From the NCBI GenBank assembly GCA_965612795.1, contig CBFDTI010000032.1:1-13895 (forward strand): a DNA stretch of 13,895 bases. Direction: 5' to 3'. Below the pieces are notes generated by a model. It had not been told where the DNA came from, did no database searches, and saw only the letters and a program-made list of their open reading frames with translations. The stretch's first letter is position 1, and each line of letters begins with the position of its first letter. This DNA is from an uncultured bacterium (lineage in GTDB: Bacteria > Hydrothermota > UBA3073 > NMUJ01). Positions 1-7,097 of the stretch are shown here, piece after piece. The position numbers were made by a program, and so were the translations under genes.

Positions 1-246
1 GCATATGGAAAGCCAAAGAAGGGGAGTGACTTGGACATAATGGTTGTGGTAGATAAAATCGAAAACACAAGAAGAGAAATAGTCCTGAGGATAAGGGAGG
101 CTCTAAGTGATTTTCTGATAGGGAAAGACATCATTGTGGTAACAACTCAGGAAGTGGAGGACTGGAAGGAGGTACCACAAGCTTTTGTTACCTATGTTGT
201 AAAAAGGGGTAGGCTTCTTTATGAAAAAAAGAATAGATCTGGTTAA
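1..246 (+). CDS. MNT-family minimal nucleotidyltransferase (antitoxin of MNT-HEPN pair), 5'-truncated by the window edge
   Basis: Frame 1 is open from base 1: AYGKPKKGSDLDIMVVVD. This is the second half of the GSxAxGxxxxxSDxD Pol-beta motif, followed by DIIVVT and the typical GRLLYE end. The ORF-track start at 31 is internal. Confidence 0.9.
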   Translation, partial: AYGKPKKGSDLDIMVVVDKIENTRREIVLRIREALSDFLIGKDIIVVTTQEVEDWKEVPQAFVTYVVKRGRLLYEKKNRSG

Positions 247-631
247 ATTGTGGATTAGGAAAGCGGAAAATGATCTTGTAGCTGCAGAGCACCTATTAAC
301 CGTAAGACCTCATACTCCTTATGATACTATTTGTTTTCATGCGCAACAATGTGCGGAAAAGTATTTGAAGGCTTTCCTTGTCTTCCACGGGATTGAGTTT
401 GGGAAAACCCATGACTTAGAAGAGCTCATAGGGCTCGCTTCAGAAATAGATGAAAGTTTTTTGGAGTTGAAGGATGAAAGCAGATGGCTTACTGACTATG
501 CTGTAGAGGTGAGGTATCCAATGCTTATGGAAGAGCCTAAAGAGGAAGAGGCAAGATCAGCTATCAGGATCGCTATTAAAATCAAGGAGCTTGTTTTGAA
601 TAAACTGCACTTGGGTGAAAAGGATGATTGA
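221..631 (+). CDS. HEPN domain protein (COG2250/PF05168 type), MNT partner
   Basis: Motifs KAENDL..AE, CFHAQQCAEKYLKAFL, KTHDL..L and VRYP. Overlaps the MNT gene by 26 nt. Confidence 0.92.
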   Translation: MKKRIDLVKLWIRKAENDLVAAEHLLTVRPHTPYDTICFHAQQCAEKYLKAFLVFHGIEFGKTHDLEELIGLASEIDESFLELKDESRWLTDYAVEVRYPMLMEEPKEEEARSAIRIAIKIKELVLNKLHLGEKDD

Positions 632-788
632 AAAAAATTTACAAGACGGCTGGCAAAAGTATTTGGCGTATCGGTTAAACCTCCTTTTGATGAAATTACA
701 AGAAAAGTTAGAAACCGTTCCCGAAAGTAGCTTGGACATTGAATTTGAAGAGCCCAAAATTTTAGGAGGCTGTCTATATGTTAGCTGA
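624..788 (+). pseudogene. 54-codon ORF, possible internally deleted type I R-M specificity subunit (HsdS) remnant
   Basis: Hand translation MIEKNLQDGWQKYLAYRLNLLLMKLQEKLETVPESSLDIEFEEPKILGGCLYVS*. The ATG overlaps the HEPN stop (ATGATTGA). The start resembles HsdS 'LPxGW' and the later part resembles the HsdS C-terminal 'LKKLQ..ELE.L..SILDKAF' helix. Confidence 0.4.
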
Positions 789-819
789 ATATTTGATAAT
801 TAAGGATTTGGAATAAAAC

Positions 820-1165
820 ATGATGAGGTATATCACAACAGTTAAATTAAAAAAAGGAGCACGATATCTACACAAATGGTGAGAATTTCATACTGAAAAG
901 CCCGATTGGAAAAAGTGGAGAAATATCTGAAAGAATAGTAGAAATTGAGAAAGTGAAAATTTTCCTCGATCTATTTCGAGGCAAAAGGATAACTATTGAA
1001 GAAGCTATAGATATAATTAAATCCTATGAATATGAAAAATATTTGAATACGTATGGCTGGAAGCAACAGTTTGAAGTCCGGGATATACTATTATGCATTG
1101 TCGTCCAAGGATATGGACGATTTGAAAAATGTGGTAGGAGATACATCTTTGAAATTTATGGATAA
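820..1165 (+). pseudogene. Frameshifted ~114-aa hypothetical protein, possibly with a C-terminal winged helix
   Basis: The ATG820 frame (MMRYITTVKLKK) stops at TGA 880-882. The +1 frame is open 851-1165 (KKEHDIYTNGENFILKSP...GRRYIFEIYG). Removing one A from the A7 run at 849-855 joins them. Confidence 0.55.
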
Positions 1166-1251
1166 CGAATTTGAAACCCCAAATTATAAATAGTTAAGGA
1201 CCATATTTGATTAAAAAATCTTAAAGCTATAATAACCAACGATAAACTAGC

Positions 1252-1288
1252 TTGACCAATATTAAAGCTCTACTATTTATTAACGATG
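1252..1288 (+). promoter_or_regulatory. Candidate sigma70-like promoter upstream of the EVE nuclease gene
   Basis: TTGACC at 1252-1257, 16 nt, TATTTA, 6 nt, ATG1286. The geometry is similar to three other intergenic elements in the window, but the -10 match is weak. Confidence 0.35.
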
Positions 1289-1389
1289 GAAAAAGCCGAT
1301 ATATCAGGATGTTTGTATGCTGTTTTGAATAACCTCCAATTGGCAGATTTTGAACATTTAAACCAAAGCGCTAGAAAACGAGGCAACAA

Positions 1390-2226
1390 ATGCAACAATA
1401 TTGGTTGGTGGTTGGGAGTGTAAGAAATTGGCAAATCGCTTTCGAACATGGTAATATTTGGGGACTTAAAGAAACCCAACGACATCTATGGAATCAACTA
1501 AAAGAAGATGATATATTGCTATTTTATGCCACCAGTCCAGTGAAGGGAATTATCGGTTATGGCGTTGTGCGCACCAAGTTTCGCCAAGATCAACCTCTCT
1601 GGCCTCAAGAATTACAGAAAAATAGAGTCATTTGGCCCTTACGGTTTGAATTCGATGTCATTTATTGCTTACCTCCGGATAAATGGGAAAGCCAAAAATT
1701 AACTTCAAAGGAGCTGTTCCCCCGAGCGGGCTTTCAACCCCTACGAGAAAACACAGCGAAGCAGTTAATTGCCCTCTTTGAGGAACCTCAGTATCCGGCT
1801 CGAGCCGATAAACTCTCTAGAGTAGCAGAGCCTGCCCTTTCTCACGAGGAACTTAAAAAGGCCTTGGTTGAGATAGGAAAATTACAAAATTTCATAGCGG
1901 AATCGGAGTACCAGTTTGACGGAGGTAGACTGGATGTTGTTTGGAGAAGAGTTGAACGATCCGTTCCAACCTATGTTTTTGAAATTCAATTAGGAGGAAA
2001 TATTTATCAGGCTTTAGCGAAGTTAAAACATGCCTATGATCTTTGGAATAGCCACATTTTTCTTATCGTATCTCCAAATGAACTTAACAAAATTACTGAA
2101 TTACTCTCTGGTACATTTCACGAAATTCGTGACAAATTAAAAGTTATCGACTGCTCTAAAGTGCAAGAACTTCTTAGACGCAAAAAGAGCTATAAGAATT
2201 TAGAGAAAGAATTGGGAATTTCATAA
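1390..2226 (+). CDS. EVE-domain + PD-(D/E)XK-like nuclease fusion (candidate modification-dependent restriction endonuclease)
   Basis: N-terminal EVE/PUA-like signature YWL...NW.IA....IWG......W.QLKEDDILLFYA..PVKGIIGYGVV......PLWP.E......WPLRF. After a linker, the C-terminal domain reads HEELK..L.EIG......AESEY......LDVVW......PTYVFEIQ.GGNIYQAL.KL. Confidence 0.85.
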   Translation: MQQYWLVVGSVRNWQIAFEHGNIWGLKETQRHLWNQLKEDDILLFYATSPVKGIIGYGVVRTKFRQDQPLWPQELQKNRVIWPLRFEFDVIYCLPPDKWESQKLTSKELFPRAGFQPLRENTAKQLIALFEEPQYPARADKLSRVAEPALSHEELKKALVEIGKLQNFIAESEYQFDGGRLDVVWRRVERSVPTYVFEIQLGGNIYQALAKLKHAYDLWNSHIFLIVSPNELNKITELLSGTFHEIRDKLKVIDCSKVQELLRRKKSYKNLEKELGIS

Positions 2227-2297
2227 AAGCAGAGGTGTAAAGATATGTTATGATTTTCGGTGTAACCGAGAGTACCGGTTTTGACAGAAGGGATAAA

Positions 2298-3134
2298 ATG
2301 CACAAGGTGCTGGTTATGATTGGGTTAATGATAGCCGTGACCTCAATATCAGGGATGAAGATACATGGGGGGAGGCAAATTATGGGTGATACATCCAAGG
2401 TAGCGGTGAGGGATTTAACCATTACTGTGGTTTATGACAATTATCCGTACAGGGAAGGGTTAAGAACTGGCTGGGGGTTTGCGTGTGTGGTTAAAGGTGC
2501 GGAGAAGACGATTCTGTTTGATACAGGTGGTGATGCATCGACCCTGTTATCAAACATGGATAAGCTGGGTATCGACCCCGGAGATATGGACATTATCGTG
2601 TTATCACATATACATGGTGACCATGTAGGTGGGCTACATGGGTTTCTGGAAAGTAATCCCCATGTTACGGTATATTTGCCGAAATCGTTCACTGAGAGTT
2701 TCAAAGATGGTGTGAAGGCATACGGTGCGGAGGTGGTTGAGGTACATGAACCCACAAGGATCTGTACAGCTGTGTATTCAACCGGTGAGCTGGGTACATG
2801 GATAAAAGAGCAATCGCTGATCATACGTACGGATAAGGGGTTGGTTGTGATCACAGGGTGTGCACACCCGGGTATCGTCAACATTGTAACCAAAGCGAGG
2901 GAGCTACTCGATGATAACATACTGTTGGTGATGGGTGGCTTCCATCTGCTGGATAAGTCAAGGGCTGAGATCGAGAAAATCATCAACAGCTTCAAGCAAT
3001 TAGGTGTACAATATGTAGGTGCCTGCCACTGTTCGGGGGATACCGCAAGACGTATGTTCGTTTCCAAATACAAAGAGCGTTCCATAAACATAGGCGTAGG
3101 AAAAGCAATAACTGCTGAGGATTTAGCATTTTGA
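2298..3134 (+). CDS. MBL-fold metallo-hydrolase (COG1237-like family)
   Basis: Motifs TVVYDN, WGF, ILFDTG, SHIHGDHVGGL, EQSL, TGCAHPG, MGGFHL and CHCSG. Start is uncertain: ATG2298 gives a hydrophobic leader, while ATG2382 has a GGAGG RBS. Confidence 0.9.
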   Translation: MHKVLVMIGLMIAVTSISGMKIHGGRQIMGDTSKVAVRDLTITVVYDNYPYREGLRTGWGFACVVKGAEKTILFDTGGDASTLLSNMDKLGIDPGDMDIIVLSHIHGDHVGGLHGFLESNPHVTVYLPKSFTESFKDGVKAYGAEVVEVHEPTRICTAVYSTGELGTWIKEQSLIIRTDKGLVVITGCAHPGIVNIVTKARELLDDNILLVMGGFHLLDKSRAEIEKIINSFKQLGVQYVGACHCSGDTARRMFVSKYKERSINIGVGKAITAEDLAF

Positions 3135-3136
3135 AA

Positions 3137-3162
3137 TTTGTGTTAACTGTAGGTGACACAAA
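3137..3162. repeat. Inverted repeat TTTGTGTTA-N8-TGACACAAA just after the MBL stop (hairpin or binding site)
   Basis: 9-bp arms at 3137-3145 and 3154-3162 with one G:U pair. There is no U-tract on the + strand. Confidence 0.45.
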
Positions 3163-3239
3163 ATGGAAAGTAGGTTAGCCAGAGATGATATCTACTTCCG
3201 GCTTATAATTCCAAAAATGCTCATTTATGCCGAGATTGC

Positions 3240-3269
3240 TTGACAATGTTGGATCTCTCCTATTATAAA
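3240..3269 (+). promoter_or_regulatory. sigma70-type promoter of the 498-aa secreted protein gene
   Basis: Consensus TTGACA at 3240-3245. TATTAT at 3261-3266 (15-nt spacer) or TATAAA at 3264-3269 (18-nt spacer). AGGAGG RBS at 3344-3349. Confidence 0.65.
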
Positions 3270-3293
3270 ACGATTTTGAGCACAATTTAATGT

Positions 3294-3311
3294 AAATTTG
3301 GGGCCAAATTT
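3294..3311. promoter_or_regulatory. Palindrome AAATTTGG-gg-CCAAATTT, candidate operator
   Basis: Perfect 8-bp inverted arms with a 2-nt spacer, lying between the promoter and the RBS. Confidence 0.4.
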
Positions 3312-3354
3312 TATATGCAAGCCACTACAAAAGATAGATGTGTAGGAGGTTATT

Positions 3355-4851
3355 ATGTTTAAGAAGGTAGCTCTTATTCTTGTTGTTATCCCTGTCATTG
3401 CAGTTGCTCAGGGTATCTTTCACGTTACGACGATAGACTCGTTTGTTGCTACACAGAGACATCTACCATTTTATGGTGTAGGCGATATGGATGCTGTGTA
3501 TTATAATGGTGAAATACATTTTGTGCTGACTTACCAACCTGATGATGGGACACCAGAATTAAGATATTATGTAAGGTCACCGTCGGGATATTATTTTGAG
3601 ACAATCGATACAATAACTGCACACCCGTATATCTATACGGCTATACATATGGATAGCGATGGCTTACCATGGATATTCATCACCTATGGTGGACAGCTCG
3701 TATGTTACCATCTTGATGGCGACAGCTGGCACCATTCTATTGTTGATACTACGGTTGAGGGATGGATGATCGCTACGGTTAAGAACGAACCCAACGAAAT
3801 AGGCGTATTTTACTGGAGACAATACCCCAACTGGGTAGAGAAGCTACATTATGCCTATTGGGATGGTGTATCGTGGAGCATAGAGACAGCTTTCGACGAT
3901 CTAACCGGAAGGGCTCACGATTATTCAGCCCCCAGTGCAGTGAAAGTGGAGAATGAGTTATATGTTGCGTTCACACATCTCGCTACTTATGATAGTGCAT
4001 ACGCGGATAGTACGGTTCTACATGTATGTCGTAGGTCGAACGGCACGTGGATGGACGATTTCTATTATTTCCTGTACTATACTCCGGATTACAATTACTG
4101 GAATGAGGCTGGGCCTGCGCTGTTGGGGTTATCATATACGGGTGAGCTACATCTATGGCAGACAGGGGCGGGTTGGGGCACAGCCGGTGGTGTTAACAGC
4201 TATCTGATAAAAACAGGTGAAGGTTGGACATTCCAACCCCCTGACACCATGCATTATGGGATATTCATCCGCAGCAGGGATAACCTGCAATTCTCCAGCA
4301 ACAACACCGCATTTTATGTATCAGAGGATAATGGGTTTGACCCATACATCGTATGGAGGAACTCAGACGGTACTTATGGAGTGAATACCGATATGCCATA
4401 TTACAGTGCTTATCCCTATGAAGTATGGTTATTCGAACCTGTGATAACCCCAGACGATACCCTACATATATTCTTCTGGAACGGATACGGTGATTCCAGT
4501 TATTTCATAACTTTCAAAGAAGCCACAGTTTATACAGGTGATTTACTTGGTATTGGTGAGCACCACACAACAGCTGCTAAGTTGAAGCTATGGAATTATC
4601 CCAACCCCTTCCAGCGGGTCACCACTATTCAATACTCTATCCCACACAGCGGGCATGTGAAGCTCACAATTTATGATCTACAGGGGAGGGTGGTCAAACC
4701 CCTTGTAGACACAAGGAGCCAACCCGGTACCTACGTGATAACCTGGTATGGTGATGATGTTTATGGTAAGCCAGTACCTGCGGGTGTATATTTTTGTAAA
4801 TTGGTGACATCCACAGGTGAGCTATTTCATAAGCTGATACTCTGTAGATGA
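3355..4851 (+). CDS. Secreted protein with signal peptide, aromatic-rich beta-propeller-like region and C-terminal T9SS type A / FlgD Ig-like sorting domain
   Basis: Signal MFKKVALILVVIPVIAVA-Q. Repeats like LHYAYWDGVSWSIETA and YHLDGDSWHHSIVD. Tail NYPNPF...TTIQYSIP..GHVKLTIYDLQGRVVK.LV......G.Y...W.G.D..G..VPAGVYF..L.......KLIL.R. Confidence 0.85.
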   Translation: MFKKVALILVVIPVIAVAQGIFHVTTIDSFVATQRHLPFYGVGDMDAVYYNGEIHFVLTYQPDDGTPELRYYVRSPSGYYFETIDTITAHPYIYTAIHMDSDGLPWIFITYGGQLVCYHLDGDSWHHSIVDTTVEGWMIATVKNEPNEIGVFYWRQYPNWVEKLHYAYWDGVSWSIETAFDDLTGRAHDYSAPSAVKVENELYVAFTHLATYDSAYADSTVLHVCRRSNGTWMDDFYYFLYYTPDYNYWNEAGPALLGLSYTGELHLWQTGAGWGTAGGVNSYLIKTGEGWTFQPPDTMHYGIFIRSRDNLQFSSNNTAFYVSEDNGFDPYIVWRNSDGTYGVNTDMPYYSAYPYEVWLFEPVITPDDTLHIFFWNGYGDSSYFITFKEATVYTGDLLGIGEHHTTAAKLKLWNYPNPFQRVTTIQYSIPHSGHVKLTIYDLQGRVVKPLVDTRSQPGTYVITWYGDDVYGKPVPAGVYFCKLVTSTGELFHKLILCR

Positions 4852-4863
4852 CGATGTTCGGGA

Positions 4864-5589
4864 TTACAGAATTCTCTCGATACAGTTAGATAGCTGGGTT
4901 GCAAACCTCGTTCCCAGCAACTTGTGTGGGTCGCCGAGCGCATCCTCTACGGATGGATCGAACTCTATCCTACCAAGGTATGGGAGGTTGAACCCCTCAA
5001 CTGCGGATTGTACGAAGGATGGTCCATCGAACGCCAAATTCTCTATCACCCCAATAATTGGTAGGTTAAGACTTTTAATAAACTGCACAACCTTTTGTGT
5101 TGTCACCCATGCCAACCGCGAGCTGGTTGTCACCACCAGATATTCAGCGTTCGGTATGAAACGTACCAGGTCGAGTGCGGGATCACTCAACCCCGGCGGC
5201 ATATCGATCACCAGCACATCGAGGTTACCCCATCTCGTGATCGCCAGCAACTCAATAATCGCATTCGATATATTCGTACCACGTAGTGGCGTAGGTTTAT
5301 CCTGTGAGAAAAACACCACCGACAGGTATTTCACACCACACACCTGTGGTGGTACGATACCTCTCTCCTCATGAGGTTCTGCTCCCTCCACACCCAACAC
5401 TATATGGGTTGTGGGGCCACAAAAGTCGAGATCACATAACCCACACGTGAACCCATCCCCCTTCAGTATAAGTGCGGTGGTGGTTGCAATCACGGTCTTA
5501 CCGATACCACCCTTACCACCAGTGACTGCGATTATGCGGTTAATATCGGCTAACCGCTCACCCAACACAGCAAGCCTGGGATCGGTCAT
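4864..5589 (-). CDS. hypB: Mrp/MinD-family P-loop ATPase, probable ATPase-type HypB (Thermococcales mmHypB-like)
   Basis: Deviant Walker A GGKGGIGKT, DLDF, PTPLRG..IS.AIIELL.ITRW..LD.LVIDMPPG and GVIEN. It lacks the post-ENM CxxC of ApbC/Nbp35, has an N-terminal DPRL, and overlaps the hypA stop (ATGA). Confidence 0.8.
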   Translation of the reverse strand: MTDPRLAVLGERLADINRIIAVTGGKGGIGKTVIATTTALILKGDGFTCGLCDLDFCGPTTHIVLGVEGAEPHEERGIVPPQVCGVKYLSVVFFSQDKPTPLRGTNISNAIIELLAITRWGNLDVLVIDMPPGLSDPALDLVRFIPNAEYLVVTTSSRLAWVTTQKVVQFIKSLNLPIIGVIENLAFDGPSFVQSAVEGFNLPYLGRIEFDPSVEDALGDPHKLLGTRFATQLSNCIERIL

Positions 5590-5999
5590 TTCAACCCCTC
5601 TATGGTCTGTATTGTCACACCACGACCGGTTTTGAGCTCAAAGTCTGGGCTACCGCAGTTGGGACACTTCACAAACGTATGTGCAAGTTCAGGCAAAAAA
5701 TGTATCGATTCACGTTCGGCCTCGTCCAGCTCATCCAACGCTGTATCGAACCCCCACTCATACCCACATCTACGACAACGTAGGATGGCCTTCTCAACGT
5801 TGAAATCCAGCTTCGCATCACCCAACAGCTGTGGGTTGGTTTTCTTCAGCTCCTCCATCGCATACTTGAATATATCACTATCTATCTGCTGTAGTTCACC
5901 CAACATTATCGTGATTTTGGTCACCTTCTTGAGCCCCTCATCTAAAGCGAGCTTCTCCACGGTACGGATGACGGATTCAGCTAACGCCCATTCATGCAT
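5586..5999 (-). CDS. hypA: Hydrogenase nickel incorporation protein HypA (long, Thermococcales-like form)
   Basis: N-terminal MHEWALA, LGELQ, and two Zn CxxC pairs (CRRC, CPNC) separated by an insertion containing IHFLPE. Ends GSPDFE...GRGV. AGGAGG RBS upstream. Confidence 0.95.
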   Translation of the reverse strand: MHEWALAESVIRTVEKLALDEGLKKVTKITIMLGELQQIDSDIFKYAMEELKKTNPQLLGDAKLDFNVEKAILRCRRCGYEWGFDTALDELDEAERESIHFLPELAHTFVKCPNCGSPDFELKTGRGVTIQTIEGLK

Positions 6000-6014
6000 A
6001 CCACCTCCTAAACT

Positions 6015-7037
6015 TCAACATATCCTCGGTAGTTGCACACCCGTCAGCATATCGATGATACGGTGGCCACCTATCTCAGTACGTAAGATGACCTTACCTT
6101 TGGGTTCGTCCACCACCTCACCGATAATCTCGCTATCCTTACCGAGTGGATGTTCACGCATCACCTGTAACACGGGTTCGGCTGCTTCCTGTGCTACAAC
6201 GATGACAACTTTACCTTCGTTGGCAAGATACAGCGGATCGTACCCCAGTATCTCACAGATAGCCCTAACCTCATCCCTTACAGGTATACGGGTTTCGTGG
6301 ATTAAGATACCAAACCCCATACCTGATACAAGTTCATTAAGCGTAGTAGCTAACCCACCACGTGTGGGGTCACGCATAAACTTAACCTTATCCGTAACCT
6401 TGAGCACATCCTGTATCAACCCAGTCAACGCAGCGCAATCGGTTTGAATCCGAGCTTCAAATTCGAACTCCCCACGTGCAAGTAATATTGCAAGCTCATG
6501 CTCCCCTATCGTGCCGTTGATGATAACCTTATCACCCGGTCGTACGTACTGGGTGCCAAGCTGCAGCTGCTTAGGTTTCAAACCAATACCTGAGGTGTTG
6601 ATGAACAGCTTATCCGCGCTACGTTTTTCGACCACCTTCGTATCACCGGTGACAATCTTTATACCCTCACGTTTGGCAACCTCTGCCATCGATTCAACTA
6701 TCTTCGCAAGTGTATCATAATCGAGCCCCTCCTCGATGATGAACCCACACGATATATACAATGGTTGTGCACCCACCACAGCAAGATCGTTAACTGTACC
6801 ACAGACTGCAAGCTTACCTATGTCACCACCGGGGAAGAACAATGGGTTAACAACATACGAATCAGTCGTAAAACAGATATCGTAATCACCATCGGGTAGC
6901 TTCGATATCACCGCAGAATCGGTCAACTCATCCAGTATGTCGTTGCTGAAATGATGTTGAAACAACTCATGTATAAGGTCATGCATCAATCTACCACCGC
7001 TACCATGTGCCAACAGGATTTGTGATGGTTGAGCCAT
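6015..7037 (-). CDS. hypE: Carbamoyl dehydratase HypE
   Basis: ILLAHGSGG, FTTDSYVV.PLFFPGGDIGKLAVCGTVNDLA, TGDTKVV, MRDPTRGG, ANEGK and C-terminal LPRIC. Start reassigned from TTG7100 to ATG7037 because the homology begins there. Confidence 0.97.
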   Translation of the reverse strand: MAQPSQILLAHGSGGRLMHDLIHELFQHHFSNDILDELTDSAVISKLPDGDYDICFTTDSYVVNPLFFPGGDIGKLAVCGTVNDLAVVGAQPLYISCGFIIEEGLDYDTLAKIVESMAEVAKREGIKIVTGDTKVVEKRSADKLFINTSGIGLKPKQLQLGTQYVRPGDKVIINGTIGEHELAILLARGEFEFEARIQTDCAALTGLIQDVLKVTDKVKFMRDPTRGGLATTLNELVSGMGFGILIHETRIPVRDEVRAICEILGYDPLYLANEGKVVIVVAQEAAEPVLQVMREHPLGKDSEIIGEVVDEPKGKVILRTEIGGHRIIDMLTGVQLPRIC

Positions 7038-7097
7038 CACATAAATGTAAGTGATTTTTACAGGTATCAAGTAAACTATCGTTTTTGGAGGTATCAA
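7038..7097 (-). promoter_or_regulatory. Candidate internal hypE promoter with a tandem 16-bp direct repeat
   Basis: Minus strand: TTGATA (7070-7065), 15 nt, TACATT (7049-7044), 6 nt, ATG7037, with no SD. Direct repeat at 7055-7070 and 7082-7097 is 14/16 identical. Confidence 0.5.

Noticed and set aside
849..856. AAAAAAAG as a programmed -1 frameshift site
   Set aside because: The -1 frame stops at TGA 894-896. Joining to the long downstream frame needs +1.
557..3091. Minus-strand ORFs 557-757, 1273-1485, 2174-2422 and 2441-3091
   Set aside because: Mostly antisense shadows of + strand genes or remnants, with no recognisable motifs.
3953..4207. Nested same-strand alternative-frame ORF (also 10347-10532 and 12344-12544 on the minus strand)
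   Set aside because: Fully inside strong CDSs, with no RBS or recognisable domain.
4864..5589. Annotation as ApbC/Nbp35 Fe-S carrier
   Set aside because: The cluster-binding CxxC after ENM is absent, and coupling to hypA favours ATPase-type HypB.
6015..6020. Selenocysteine readthrough at the hypE TGA
   Set aside because: HypE already ends in its canonical PRIC catalytic cysteine, and the hypA RBS follows immediately.
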